Shown here piece after piece: positions 15,101-27,178 of a stretch of 64,000 nt of DNA. The position numbers and the translations under genes were made by a program. How positions within the stretch are numbered: the first letter of the stretch is position 1; each line of letters starts with the position of its first letter. Source of the stretch: Bugula neritina. Its lineage: Eukaryota > Animalia > Bryozoa. The stretch is taken from contig OZ037765.1 in NCBI GenBank assembly GCA_964035545.1, positions 21,699,504 through 21,763,503 on the forward strand. The letters run 5' to 3'. The notes under the pieces were generated by a model. That model made no database searches and was not told where the DNA came from. It saw only the letters and a list, made by a program, of their open reading frames with translations.

Positions 15101-18100
15101 GTTGATCCACACGGTCTTTCACATCTGGAAAATCTTTTAGGTAACACTTCATTTCATTTCTTAGTAACTTGATATCATCAAATTCTTTGCTCAAAAATTT
15201 GCAGGTTTTAATTACTTCAGCCTGTTCAATTTCTACTTTCTTCAACCTACTATCAAAGTCATTTAGTCTTGCTAAGATCTGATCTAACTTTCCATGGATA
15301 GATGAATCGGGTGTAGATTCACCAGTTGAACTAGTGGCTGATTTAGCTCTACGAACCATGATTCAAGAAAACGATCAAATAGATATCACTGTCCCTATAT
15401 CCAGCTAGTTATGTAGTATGATATAGGCTTTAAGTTGCAAAATCAGGCTTTCACATTTACTGCTGCCCTCTTCCCAATGATTTAAATTAGTTTTGCTGAC
15501 CCTGCAATGCGACCTTTAATGTGAAAACCAGTATGCTTGAACTTCCAAATTATTGGATATTAATACTAATAATTAAAATTAACACAAATTTGCAAGAATC
15601 TATTGAACGTGTGGCCACAACTCTCATGGTCAATTTTTCATTATTATATAACCTATGTTCATGCGTAGTAGTAGTAGTAGTAGCAGCAGCGTAGTGTATT
15701 TTATCAGTTAATCTTCGCTACAGTGTCTGAGGTTGGTATTATCTTATTTACACAGGGTGCTTTAGCAGCCAGTTGTTTGTCAAATGCTGTTAGAAGATTA
15801 TGCAACTTAATATTATCTGTCTGAGAGCGTACAGCTTTGGGCTGCTTCTATTTTTAGCAAATAGCTATTATGTAAAAAGTTTAAAATTTTACGTTAACTG
15901 TATTTGTTCTTTTGGATTTGTCTCCCAACTTGAAATGCTGATTGAACATGTGGATTTTGAAAGCAGCAAAAGAAAGTTGGAAAAGTAAAATTTCTGCACT
16001 TGCTTAAATTGCATGACAAAATGTTGTAGAATATTTCATAATTTTATAGATTTTATAGTTTCTATATGTCATGTCCTTTCAGGTAGCAGTGACTGTATTC
16101 AGATTGACTAACATAGAGGTAGGTTTACAGTCTGCTGATGACGGTCTAATTGCCAAAGTAGCTGTCAAGTCCCTGCATAATCAAGACAGAGGAAACATGT
16201 ACTATGAAGAGTTTCAGGCACAGCAGTTGTTAGGTAACACGTGAAGTGGTATGGTATGAGAGTATAACAGCTCGGTTGTATTCTATTTCTGTAAATTATA
16301 CAAATCTCATGATGATCTCACATTCAGTATCTTATAAATATGAAATATTTGAAAACTGTTGATGATTATTGTTTTTTGGAAATGCTGTGTAGTAATATAT
16401 TTTGTTGTTTACCAATATAATGCGTTCTCAATTTTTATGCCTTTGTTAATGCTTTGAAAAGTGATTTAATTTGTAAATTGTTGAATTTTTAAAAATAAAG
16501 TTGTATATTTTATGCTTTGTTTGTAGATATGTCAAATTATTGTGCTGATGGAGCAGCTGACGATAACAGACCAATCAGAGTAAGATTTAGTCAAGGTCCC
16601 CTCGCCAAAGACCTGGCATATGGGGCTGAGGAGACTGGCTTTGCACACATACAGGTGTCTGACTATAAACTCTCATTTCTCTCCTCCACTGTTGAGAAGC
16701 TGGGTCCTCTGTTTAAAGATGAAACTGAAGCTAAACCTTTTCCAATGTGCATCGAAGTGTCCAATTTCGATGTTGAGCTGGAGGTATGTTTAACTTTCTC
16801 GATTTCAGTGTGCAATATACTCAAATTCATTGTAGTGTCTTGAATAGATTATATGAACTTTCCATTCATGTTAGATACCTTTATGCCAGTTTTTTCCCTC
16901 AGATCAACTTAGAATTCTTATGGAACAGACATTACACATTTTTAATTTTAACTTTTCTGGGATGGTTAAAAAATGTGTTGATATTTTTCTAAGTTAATAT
17001 GAGTCGGTTAATACTTGTCCAATGACTGTATTTGGCTGAAGTTTGTTGATTATGCAACAGGATGATTCTCTACCAGCCTACAACACCGAGTGGCCGAGTG
17101 TTCCCGTGAAGCTACACATAAATAAAGTCTCGTTGTTAAAGGGTCTAGACAATATATTCCATGTCCAAGGTAGCATTTACAGATAATGTAGATAATAGAT
17201 CATTGGGTTTAGTAATCGTCTCTACCTTGTCCTTAATATTTACCTACAGATGCACATCTCTAAACAAATAATATAAATTATAAGAATTATAATAAATTTA
17301 AACTGTTGTTATAAGCAAATTTGTTTATGGTTGAACTTGCTATGCCATAGGTTAAGAATTTTAGTGAAATATGATAGTCAAGGCTATAAATCTTGTTATC
17401 TTGTGAAATTTTTCTACATTCATTTTATGTTAATGAAATGCAAAAAACGAGTCCCAGTATTTTTGCATTTCCCGCCAAAACTTTTAATTTGGATGGTGCA
17501 CTGCATATATATTGTAATTGCTGGTAGCCCTGATTCTTATGCATTTTTTATTTATTAAAAATATTTACCATGGAAGCTTGTAGTGCTTCATACTCTTAAT
17601 GATGAATTTAACATGCCAAACATCAGATGGGACCTAATTTCATTGTAATATTATTATATGTATTACCTTATTTTAATAATTACGAGTAATAAATAATTTT
17701 GTGTATATTCAATTGGTTTGATGCATTCTGGGTAAACAGAAACGGTGGTACTTTTGCTGTAGGTGAGACTTGCCTTTCTGATACCAACTCTGCACTCAAC
17801 AAGAAAATTGTCATCATGGCAGACAAATCTACTAATACAATGGCTGTACCAGAGACAGTAGATGCACATGTAGGCAATCAAATCTCAGTTACTAGAACTA
17901 GCAGTAGCGCACAACTACTACAAGAAATGAAATTCCTACAAGATGAAAATAAAGCTCTGAAGGAACAGGTACTTTTTTGATTGTTTGAATACTTATAATG
18001 ATTTTTAGAAATCATGACTGAATGTGTATTAAATTAGTCACTAAATAATTGTGTTACACTTCACTCGAGACTTGAATCAAAGTTTCTTGGCAAGTCTTTA

Positions 18101-19593
18101 TCAATTGTAAGTTGTTACAGCTGCTAATGTTTTTAATATATTTTTTTTCAAAAAGTTGCAAATTGCGATGTAATAGGATTTTTAACCCGCCATTGATCTT
18201 GATAAGGTTCTGTCGTCATTAAAACAGGTTTGTTTCTCCTAACATTTTGTCTGCTAACAATAAATTGTATGTTCCGTTTTGTTTTATATACTGCAGAGTA
18301 ACCAGTTTTCAGCATTAATAGTTTGTTTGATGTTAAAAGTTTATATTACTGATGAAATGGCTATGCAATGGATTTGAATAAATATAATATAATAATTTAG
18401 ATAATTAGACTAAATGATAAACTCATCGAGAAAGATCATGAAGAGTTTGAGAGGACAGAGAGTGCCCCCGCATCAGATACCAATACTTTGCTGGTGGATC
18501 TAGACTATTATAAGAAAGAAACTCAAACCCTCCGTGCACAGGTGAGCTTAATAAATTTTGTGATTTTTGAAGCCTATTAGTCTATAAACACATCTATATA
18601 TTTTTAAAATTTATAACCAAATTTTCATCCTGATCAAATACCTAGTGGTAGGTATTGTCAGTGTTTCAATATGTGTCCGACTTAATAGTGATCATTTATA
18701 TTGTTGTTCATGTTAAATTTTCATTTTCCTAGAAATAAGATCAGCAAGGTAACTGCATGATTGTAATAACCACATCAATCTTGAGCTAACATCCCACTGC
18801 TACTCATATATGAATAATTACATATATTTCTACTGCATGTGTTGCATAATGCGCCACTTCACTTGTTTGCTTGAAGTGCTCAAAATCCTAAACTGTGGTA
18901 TTGTCTCCTTATGCAGGCAAGATTTGGCCTTTTGTTGGACAACATTCGACAGTCAAATGTTGTAAATTTGAATTCGGGATATTCTGGGAGGTTTAAAGAT
19001 GAGGTTCTGGCACCCCATAATTCTATGTGTCATTACAAGCTTCAAATTTGCTCAATCACCTTACATAAAGTTCTGCACTCGCGTTGATTGGATGATATGA
19101 AATTGTGAAACTGCATTAGAAGTGTCTATGCACTTATTTATGATTTACCTTTTCAGATTACAAACTTAATTCTTATATTCACATATATTCAATAATGCAG
19201 TGTGCATGTGCTTCCTGGATGATTGTTGTACAATTCTTGCTCTTGGCATGAATGTTTTCTGGTTATTAGGACTCCAAAACATTTAGTAAGATTATCATAA
19301 CGGAATATGAAATTTTAAAAATAGAAGCTTTCCTGCCACTAAATCTATATAAATAGGATCCTGCAACTTTGTATAGTATCCTATATAGTTGGTAAATGAC
19401 TACAGCCTAAAAGATCTTCTTGTTCACTCATCACTTACTGTGTATGTAATACTAGTGATAAATATGTCAACTCTTGTAGATGGTTTTCAAAGAGGATCAA
19501 ATAGACACGCTACAGTCTGCAAAAGAATGCTTGGCAGAAACAGTTAGAATATTAAAAAATGAAATCAGCAAAACTCCCGCCATGGAATCGTAA
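121..19593 (+). CDS. BLTP3: Bridge-like lipid transfer protein family 3 (UHRF1BP1/UHRF1BP1L/SHIP164-like); first coding exon lies upstream of the window
   Basis: Chorein-N-type start FTKNLSPDKIQISTLKGEGELTNLELNEEVLMELMDLPTWL, then YGFGDRVVDGMSL, LLTFKEISWQTLKIEAD, TPLRLITN, DDLLWIITDSQMKA, ETSYHVHTGRIDLHICDD, RLEALMPK, QLNHYQYCFLMRL and a C-terminal coiled coil. Phase-consistent GT-AG exons: 121-283, 609-647, 768-850, 1140-1248, 2303-2540, 3659-3822, 4030-4201, 4351-4440, 5423-5597, 6112-6293, 6592-6698, 7114-7197, 7581-8304, 9470-9622, 10081-10146, 10467-10714, 10984-11205, 16083-16233, 16527-16783, 17061-17169, 17763-17968, 18401-18541, 19480-19593 (TAA). Confidence 0.9.
7335..7484. mobile_element. 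Small MITE-like element in a BLTP3 intron
   Basis: Imperfect ~26-bp terminal inverted repeats: GCAGTAATGGAGAATTTGAGAAAAGCC on the left, GGGCTATCTCAATTTCTCCATTACTGC on the right; ~150 bp, non-coding. Confidence 0.5.
11294..11484. mobile_element. Degenerate Tc1/mariner-pogo(Tigger)-like MITE
   Basis: Flanked by TA on both sides. Left TA-CAATGTTCCCTTCGTAGCTCA versus the reverse complement of the right end TA-CAGTGAACCTTCCATAGCTCA, i.e. a degenerate TIR. Confidence 0.4.
11716..14586 (-). CDS. LINE ORF2: APE endonuclease + reverse transcriptase
   Basis: APE motifs NVQSL, CITES, GGGV, IYRQP, GDINID, CLDHI; RT motifs KAAGLD, NYRPISILP, QYGFR, FLDFSKAFDTINH, GVPQGSILGPTLFLIYINDL, LFADD. 956 aa open; apparent frameshift near 11785. 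Confidence 0.95.
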   Translation of the reverse strand: MEAHLNCDQYTPEQFRNNIKNNSNSLTILNVNVQSLRKNFDSLETFMFSVPKPFDVVCITESFLYDNEVHNFPINDYVFIGKQRQSKGGGVGAYVRSSAVAEVKESRALFAGSESLHLELKGGLFGCFGSGLHLTIIYRQPSADIAAFLSDLEQYISSSNFPHHVILGDINIDTLKSDPVSTSYLNILSCSHFINSIQIPTRYDSCLDHINVNFYDKFLTSGTITTSIADHLPTFIKIENLTNYFNITKSTNIRNYKKINEELFLKDLSKVDWNSEVYAKKDVNSRYDSFFKIFMDLCNKHAPLVKFSTNCPRKLKTNKRPWISVELIKLMNKRDYVYRQSLNSPLNLKLKFKHKTLKNLVTKNLRRSKTSYFESFFENTSDSSKCWKVINEHLGKNRSKGLNAPKSLTSENITLTEDKDIANSFNKYFTSIGTTLSEKFTDDNFDFTAQKSDKKLDEQFSFTNIESTVIESLLKDVNQAKAAGLDLAPTNLIKISASHLSKPLAYIINTIINGGAFPNELKKAKVVPLHKKGIATDVSNYRPISILPAFSKIAEKILNKQIVDFLESKNYLTDKQYGFRRNRNTNIALINLTNKVLNAMNNGNSVAGIFLDFSKAFDTINHEILLAKLKMLHFSSHSVKLIKNYLSNRQQSTIINNTYSDFIHITCGVPQGSILGPTLFLIYINDLPDVTMHLDPILFADDTNLFFESKNLLNNMDIINCELKKIENWCNKNKLTVNMSKTNYMIIKTAQNKQDLNGFALEMFNKKLVEVKSTTFLGIIIDSHLSWQQHCSKLCQNLRPLVGLISKCSHHLPRKILIQIYNSFVNSKLTYCLESWGNAANIYLQPLHLLQKKILRIIYKKHHLSPSKPLFLSSSIMPIHTLHKFKLILLSHKLYYSQLTHLTHNYPTRFSEFSLQTPPSSTAAGQRRVEFQCSCYGINCLVPFVLWGGRLVSNLP
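14649..15359 (-). CDS. LINE ORF1 protein (coiled coil + RRM-like + C-terminal domain)
   Basis: 236 aa immediately upstream of ORF2. N-terminal heptads (LDQILARLNDFDSRLKKVE), LTLNGIPQKSGENL, and LYINEVLS...YRFAWTSNQRIFLRK are typical of CR1-group ORF1. Confidence 0.85.
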   Translation of the reverse strand: MVRRAKSATSSTGESTPDSSIHGKLDQILARLNDFDSRLKKVEIEQAEVIKTCKFLSKEFDDIKLLRNEMKCYLKDFPDVKDRVDQLEFQDRKKQLTLNGIPQKSGENLLHAMKVMSEKLKCELQPYHDIDSIFRVKTSDKVIIKFIHAHKRDKFFGSFRKNPLNATDLGFKDNSKLYINEVLSKPQAALFHETRMFKKEHKYRFAWTSNQRIFLRKDSDSNAIQINSTDDLDDLA

Positions 19594-20025
19594 TTTATTA
19601 AACTATTTGCTGTTTGTAATCCCTAGTCATCAAAATGATTATATTCTGGTTAACAGAAATGAGTTTGTTGTCTCGCCAACTTTATTAATTTTATTCAGTA
19701 TTACTTCCAGTTTCAAGTTTTATTTCTATTTATTACTTGATTTTGTACTATATCTATTCATGGAATTTTATGAAGACGTGACTCCTACATTCTAGAAAAT
19801 GAAAATTAGATTTTATCAACTTTCCAATGGTGCTTTTGGCAGTACGAATTGCTATTTTCTCATATCAGAAAAATAAAATGGTTAATAAAAACTAAATAAG
19901 TATAGTATTTAAGTTAGAGATATGAGTAGTGCATAGATAATAATAAAATTAATAACATGGTAAACATAAACAATAGTATAATAAAGTGTATTTTAACTTG
20001 GTAAGTAAATGTCTCACTGCATAGT

Positions 20026-21767
20026 CTAATACAGCACTATGTCAGCACACTGATAGAAGGCAGCAGGTGCTTCCTTGTTCTCCGTGACATAAGACACCTG
20101 CAAAAATAAAATAAAACTAGTGCATACATTGTGAATCAGCTTTAAGTGTTCAAGGTTAATAAATGGCATATAATTGTGATTTACACCACCAATGTTCATG
20201 GTGAACATGGTTGCTTAAACGATGTGTTGAGAATAACAAGAAGGCTTACCTGAATGATTCGGTTTGGGTGACCAGATAGCATTGGTAACTTGACATCTAC
20301 CGAGTACAGGTGCAAGCTTGGCTCTCCCATATCTGACACACGGGCTACTTCTTTGAAAGATGACGCCATATCATCTAAGCCAAAACTAACTGAAAAATAC
20401 CCCTGCAAATAAATTTGAAAATGTACATTTAAAATTTGTGTTATGAAAAAATGATTTGCACACATGACTTCTAGAGTTTAAAAGGCTTTAAAATTTTTGA
20501 CTGAAGTAGACTTGTTAGAAGCAACGGCAGAACTTGCTTTTTTCATTGAACGATTTGCCGTGAATATTTCAGATTTAAGTAAGTTGAAACCTAAAAGTAT
20601 CTAATTTACTATTTTAAAAATCACTAATAAATTTGCTACATTTCAGGGATTTTAGACCCGAGCCTCTACAAGCTCTGCTATTACTTATTTTAGGTGACCT
20701 CTTCTTTATTACCTACCTTCTTATTAAACTTAGGGGTGAAAGTTAACAACAAAAAACCAATATTGCTTTATATCTTATCTATGTCCATAATGACAGACTC
20801 CAAGAAATTGTATAAACTAAAGTAATATAGCAGACAAGAAAGAAAGTTTTGTTCTTTTTTTCAAAACAGTAATAGTTAGGATTATACTTGATATTGTGGG
20901 ACAATCTGTGTCAAGTGACAATCAATTTTCACTTACTGGACTATTGGCGCTGAAGTGATCCAAATTTTTCTGAAATATCACAGTGTAGTTACTTTCAGCT
21001 CTGAAGAAAAAAGTCTAAAGTAAGACTAAAAGTAAACTTAAAATGCTAAATGCATGCCAAAATTTAGGAAAAAAAATCAAGTGTCTTGTTAATGCTGGTA
21101 CAAGAAAAGATAATAAAATGCTTTATACTTACTTCAGTTTCAAAACACCAGATGTTTGAGGCGACCTTCCACCACAAGGTGAAGCCAATAGAATGCAATC
21201 ATCTGAAGCTACAAATAGTTTCAATTTCAAACTGCAACAGTGTTTACAGTATAAAAATAAGAAATAGTTCTATTGGCAGCTCTCAATCTTTATTAGAAAT
21301 ATCATTTAAACTTTATTTTTTTGCAATTTAGGTTTTTTATCACTGTAAATAAAATATGAAATTCTCAACTAAGTAATCCTAATAGCCGCAATTATAGCAA
21401 TTACCAAACTAAAAGTAAACTGTAAATTTGATAATAACCAAACACAATGACAATAGCAACGCAATGAATTGAATGGTTATATTTATGGTATTGCCCTATT
21501 GGCTATTGGTAATGCTAACCATACAACGATACATAAAATTAAAATGATCATTATCATTATGGAACAACCACTATGAGTATACCTAGCGCTTTTATTTAAT
21601 AGTGTGATAAATCTAATAACTATAAGTATTAGTATATATAAAAACTAACCAACTTTGTTTAGGCCAGACATTGATCCTCTTTGGTGGGGATTAATTAAAC
21701 ATAGATGACAAGAAACCGTCAAAGCACAAGAAAACAAAATCAAAATAGCATGCTGATAATGCATCAT
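20026..21767 (-). CDS. Secreted His-brace LPMO-like copper-binding protein, paralog A (160 aa)
   Basis: Exons 21650-21767, 21133-21208, 20937-21000, 20250-20402, 20026-20097. Product: MMHYQHAILILFSCALTVSC|HLCLINPHQRGSMSGLNKVASDDCILLASPCGGRSPQTSGVLKLKAESNYTVIFQKNLDHFSANSPGYFSVSFGLDDMASSFKEVARVSDMGEPSLHLYSVDVKLPMLSGHPNRIIQVSYVTENKEAPAAFYQCADIVLY*. The gene model is strong; the family call is by motif. Confidence 0.85.
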
Positions 21768-21945
21768 TTTTAACTTTTAGGATATTTTTAATTTTTGCAG
21801 ATTGACCAAGTTTATTAAAAGTTTTATTAAACCGGTTACCGACGACCAGTTTTTGAAATAATCGCAAAACTAAAGAAAGAACTGATTTTATAGCATGCGT
21901 TTGCAGTTGTGCAAAATGTGCAACTCAAAACAACAAGAGTTTGCG

Positions 21946-21962
21946 CACGTGATCATCACGTG
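21946..21962. promoter_or_regulatory. Tandem CACGTG E-boxes upstream of paralog A
   Basis: CACGTG at 21946-21951 and 21957-21962, ~180 bp upstream of the ATG. TATAAAA on the minus strand at ~21886-21892 lies between them and the ATG. Confidence 0.4.
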
Positions 21963-23262
21963 GTATCGTTAAAAATAGCGTGTGGCAATAGATAACTCTC
22001 AATAATTTAATTACATGTCTAAATAATATATTGAAATAATATTATTATTCAGTTAGGTGTTTGAATGGAGATTTAAAAAAAAAATTCTTTTTATTAATTG
22101 TCAATTTGTTAAAAGTTCTCACATCTCTGCTAAACTATCTGTGTCGATGGTTGCTGTTGTGGAGAGAACTTGGAATAAAACTGTCATTCAGTGGCTCACT
22201 GGCCTTAAAATGTTGTGGCAAGTAGGATATTGTTAGAATTTAATGAGTATAAATTATAATATGTAGTAAGTAGTAACACTTTGAAAACTTGTTAAAAGAG
22301 TTATATGGTGACAAAGTAAGCTTTTGAAATGCTATGTGCAACTGTTGGAGCGTTGAGCTTTAAGGGTTAATATAATATATCCTCACTTTGAACATAATAT
22401 TAAGGCTCTGAGCCATTGCCCATTTTCAATATTGTTTTTCCAAAATTTATTACAAATAACTTTTGAAAATCTTATTAAAATGTCAACATGCATGCTTCTG
22501 CTTGAATACTTGTTTTTCTGAAGAAACTATATTTGTTTATAGAGAGCTTAGTTTTTACAGTAACAGCTAGACTGAATATTTTATATATGGTCAGAAATAG
22601 TGCTTTATTTGAAGAGAATATAACTCCTAATTTAAGATGTGGTCAGAAGACATGTGAAGGGGTCTATTATCAGCTTGTAGTTGTACCTACTATAAACCAA
22701 TAAGTTTTATTCTTTTTAATTAAATTCACTACCTGCAAAAATGTAACATATATTTGTACTAGAAGAGTATTCAAATATTTTTAATAGCAAAGCCTGATAT
22801 GTTGATCTAAAATTAATCATAGTACTTGTACCAATTTTACATAATTGGTACAACCTGCATGTTTATTCCCATTATGTACAATTTGCTTGTTATTTGTCAT
22901 ACCTGACACCAAAACATTTACAGCTGTCTCAATTAAGCTCTTGCAATTTCTTGTTTGTATTTTATATATGAAGTCTGGCCCCTTATATTACAATGAATAT
23001 ATGTGTTTAATCTGAATACAAACCATTAATAGTCTTGTAAACAAACGAGAACATTCTTTCTCGATTAGATAATAGCTGTGTTCCAAGACAACAATGCTTT
23101 AAGAAATATAAACCAAATGAATAAGCTAAATTACAATAATTATAGGCACTAAGTTTTATTACTTATAATGGCATGTATAACAAAATGCTGCAAATGTCAT
23201 TGTCTGCAGGTGAAAGAAGCTGATATATCAAGTTTTACTTTGTTCCAACCACTTTGAAGATG

Positions 23263-25314
23263 TTATATCACTGTGATATCAGCACACTGGTAGTAAACCA
23301 CTCCCGGGCTGGTAACATACGTAACCTGTAACATAATATAGTTTGCATGATTGTATTTTGGTGAATTGAAAAGGAAAAGTACATCACATAAAAGTCTATT
23401 GAATAATAATTAATTTTATTCTTCTTTGTTGTTAATTGCTATGCAAGGATTTAAAATGTGCAAATTGTCCTTTGGTTCATTAGTATATAATATGTAGGCC
23501 TATTACATTTTTTTAATAGTAATAGTTATTGTGATGAAAGAAGCTACAATACAATACAATGCAATACAATATAATACAATACAATGCAATACAATATAAT
23601 ACAATACAATACAATACAATACAATACAATACAAAACAATACAATTCTATGCAATTGTACCTAAAATACTCTCTAAACTAAAATTACAGCCATGTGCTAT
23701 AGTATGTAGTGGTTCTAGAAATTACAAATGCACATGAGAAAAGAATATTTTTATTGCACGGCTTGGCTCCAGCTTAAGGTATATCTTTCAAGAAACATAC
23801 AGTGTACCAGCAGCAATTCACACTAACAAGTAGGCAGGTATAATCAATAGCTCCCAACTCAAAACATAATACAATATAAAAATGAAATTGAACAACAGAA
23901 GAAACAAATACAAATTTCTATTCTGAATTTTGAGCCAAATTTCTTTTATTTAGAAAGTTTAGCCACCAACCTGAAATATATGATGACCAAGTGTTGAAGG
24001 CACTACAACATCATGTATGAAATACAAATACAAGTCCTTCGTTTCAGAGTCTTCAAACGTTACCAGCTCTGTAAACGAATTCTCATCAGCACCAACACTG
24101 ATGGTGAAGTTGCCCTAAAAATAATTTTATTAAAAATCTTGCAGTATGTAAATGGAGTTGTAGTTATGCATTTTAACCATATATAGTTTAATCTTTTGCT
24201 ACTGGATGAGTAATGTAACATCTTTAGGTGCTTTGAGATTCAAAAGTTTTTATTAGAATTGGATTATGTTTCAATAGATTTGTAGAACTCTTACTTGCTG
24301 CTTTTTACACAAATATTATGACATTGCACCTGTGGATGCAAAATTCTGGACTACATAGACATAGTTATATATATTATTGAAACAGAGGGTATGGAATTGT
24401 CCCCTCTCTGACAGGAAGTTGCATCCCCCTTATGATGTACATTATATGTCTACCAACACACAAGGATAGAAACATTAGCTGTTACATACAGTGCTAAAAG
24501 GCAGCATTCCCATCATCGTATACTTACAGGAAGTGCTGGATCAAAGTATCCAATGTTTTTCTGAAACACCACAGTCAGATTGCTGTCAGCTCTAAATAAG
24601 AAAATACGAAAATTCACAGATTTTAATATAACTACATTGATTTGTGCTTTAATATTAAACTTTGGGTGAAAAAATGATTTAAGTCTGTTAATTGTCTTTT
24701 CTTGTGAATTGACTTACTTGAGCGATAGTATAGACTGCTCCCTAGGCCTGCCTCCGCAAGGAGGGGCTGTCAAGTTACAATCTAAATCCTCTGCTCCTGC
24801 AAACATGTAAATAAAATACAGAACTTTCAAAAGGTCAAAGGTTAATCACATTAGCTACTTAAAGTCAAATTATAACAACATTTTAAATGAAACAGTGTAT
24901 CAGGAGTCATGAAAAAGTATTTTTAGTTGATTTGAATATACAATGATATAAGAACCAGTAAAAAATTATTCTATTCTATATGCAAGTTGTGAATTCTAAT
25001 GCTTTTCCCATGTCATTGAACATTGATGTTAAGCATCCATAACAAATTTTAGTTTTTTTATTTAATAAATGTGTGAAACTACATCCAACAGCTGGTACAT
25101 AGTTGAAATAGGTGCAATCATAAAATATTTTATAGTAAATCTTAAAATCAACACAGTTATGGATCTTTTGTAGTTAATATTTTCTAACAAAGAGTGAGTA
25201 GCTCTTACCTGGTACATTTAGGCCACCCAGAGGTCCTCGCTGATGAGGGTTAATCAAGCAGAGGTGGCTAGAAACTATAACAGCACAAGAAAGTAAAATT
25301 ATGTAATTAAACAT
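23263..25314 (-). CDS. Secreted LPMO-like protein, paralog B (151 aa; second His replaced by Tyr)
   Basis: Exons 25209-25314, 24718-24796, 24528-24591, 23971-24114, 23263-23325. Product: MFNYIILLSCAVIVSS|HLCLINPHQRGPLGGLNVPGAEDLDCNLTAPPCGGRPREQSILSLKADSNLTVVFQKNIGYFDPALPGNFTISVGADENSFTELVTFEDSETKDLYLYFIHDVVVPSTLGHHIFQVTYVTSPGVVYYQCADITVI*. Confidence 0.85.
23545..23646. repeat. (TACAA)n pentanucleotide microsatellite
   Basis: Direct reading; in the last intron of paralog B. Confidence 0.9.
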
Positions 25315-25806
25315 TGCTACATATATTGTATATGTAGAACTGCAACCCAAGACGATTCCTGTGCTAGCTATATTCATGGAATGACATAAATAAAGGAAAT
25401 TATACTGCTGGTATTTTGCATGACCAACCTGATACTGGTTGATATTAAAATAACTATGTGTCCCATTTTTTGTTAACCCTTACACGGAAACAGTGTCTTT
25501 ATATGCAACAGTTGTCAAAGGGCAAACAATTACTGAACTCTAGCAAGCATTAAAAAAATGACGGTAAAATAATCTTAGCTTGAGCTTGGAAACATTGCAA
25601 AAGGTACTATTTTTAATCATTACGGTCACTATATATTTTGACAACTGTTTGTGAACCAAAATTGCAAAGATTATTATCAAATAATAATTTACTTTTCTCA
25701 AATTGACTTATATAACAGCTATATAAATAGTGCCTTAGATTTTTCAAAATATTATAATTTAGTGTTTAGACTATGTTTAAGGAAAAGTGCTAATTATGCG
25801 ATGCGT

Positions 25807-25890
25807 ATATTATATATTCTATATTATATATTATATATTATATATTATATATTATATATTATATATTATATATTATATATTGTATATTAT
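25807..25890. repeat. AT-rich (ATATATT)n-type simple repeat
   Basis: Direct reading; explains the spurious Y/I-rich ORFs. Confidence 0.85.
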
Positions 25891-26966
25891 AGTTCTACAA
25901 AAAATATACATGAAACCATTTCTGTTTTATTTGACTTTATTTTTAAAAGTTGGGCTGCAACACATTTTGTTAATTAACATCAGAATTATTAGCTGTAATC
26001 TGTACACTAGCTGTGCTCAATAATTTTGATTAATTATAAGTAAACTTCTTCTTATACTCAGTGTTATTGCTATAAACTTGACAATTCAACTAAAATCACT
26101 ACACACCTTTTGCCATGATAGCACCACTTTACTCAACGTGCATCAAAGCAACATTTGGTTTCAATTACCTGTATTTATTCCAGCCATTAGTGACAACTTC
26201 AGTTCTGCCAATTTTATAACCACAAAGACAGGCAGCATATTCACCCATAGGCTACATAGAAAGCAACAACTTGGTAACTAAAACATAGTCTATGGCAAAA
26301 GTATTCACAATAAGTTAGATGCAAGTGGTTTTTGAAGTTACAAGACAAACAAAGTTTTAATTTTTGTTAGCTTCCAGTCTCACTTGAAACAGCAATCACA
26401 TATAAGCATAGCAGACAAACTGAAAACAATAAATAATTGCAAACAGTATTAATATTAGATAGGAAGCAGAGTGTTACACCAGTACTCATGCAATGCACTA
26501 CTTTATAATTGTTAATTTGGCAGCAAAGTATATATTTGCTATTGCTGATATTTAGTATTGCATTTGTCATAACCATTTTTGCAGCATTTTTCTGTTTCTA
26601 TTAACTGAATCTGTTTGTTCACTTTAGACTAAATAGAACAAACACACAAAACAAACACAAGCAGTAACATACAACAGTGTTGTCCATTTATGCATAGTAT
26701 AGCTATCAAATTACACAAGTGGTTTTTGCAACATACTCGTGTACATTCGCATTATACATATATCTTTGAAGAAAGGATTTTTCAATCAAGAGTTTAATTA
26801 AATATGTTCTTTTTTCTTTGATAGATTTCTAACATGATTGCGCTACTAATCCTTCCTTAAAGTATCTTTTGAGTCTTGTATTATAAATTGGTAAGCAAAA
26901 TTTTAGCTAATGACGTCTTTTACAAATAGTTATGATAAATTATAAGGTTGTTTATTTGGCAGCTAA

Positions 26967-27178
26967 GGGAGCAGCCGTGGTCTAGGGGTTAGAGCGTTTG
27001 CTTAGTAAGCACGAAGGTCATGGGTTCGAGCCCAGACAAAGGCCATTGGTGATGTTAGGAAGAGCATCCAGTCATAATTGCTCCTGTGCTTCATTTAAAT
27101 AAGTCCTTAGCCCGCTTTAACAAAAACCCCTTCCATCAGGGGTTTTCTCACAGGGATAGCGACTATAAAATTGCGTGA
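26967..27178 (+). mobile_element. tRNA-derived SINE with 17-bp target-site duplication
   Basis: Pol III A-box-like TGGTCTAGGGG and B box GGTTCGAGCC. Perfect direct repeat GTTTATTTGGCAGCTAA at 26950-26966 and 27179-27195. 3' hairpin AAAACCCCT-TCCATC-AGGGGTTTT. Confidence 0.85.

Larger units (their letters stand above)
11497..15625 (-). mobile_element. Near full-length non-LTR retrotransposon (CR1-group: CR1/L2/Crack-like), antisense in a BLTP3 intron
   Basis: ORF1 then ORF2 on the minus strand. 3' end has AATAAA followed by an (AAAC)n tail at ~11497-11518. The 5' boundary is approximate and no convincing TSD was found. Confidence 0.9.

Noticed and set aside
11486-15386. AAATAGATAT at ~11486 and ~15377 as the LINE target-site duplication
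   Set aside because: It would leave under 20 nt of 5' UTR, and a 10-bp AT-rich match is plausible by chance; the element appears to extend to ~15625.
26967-27045. Possible tRNA gene (also 35692-35775 and ~36655-36700)
   Set aside because: No paired acceptor stem or Pol III terminator at the tRNA end. The first continues into a SINE body bounded by a TSD; the others are degenerate.
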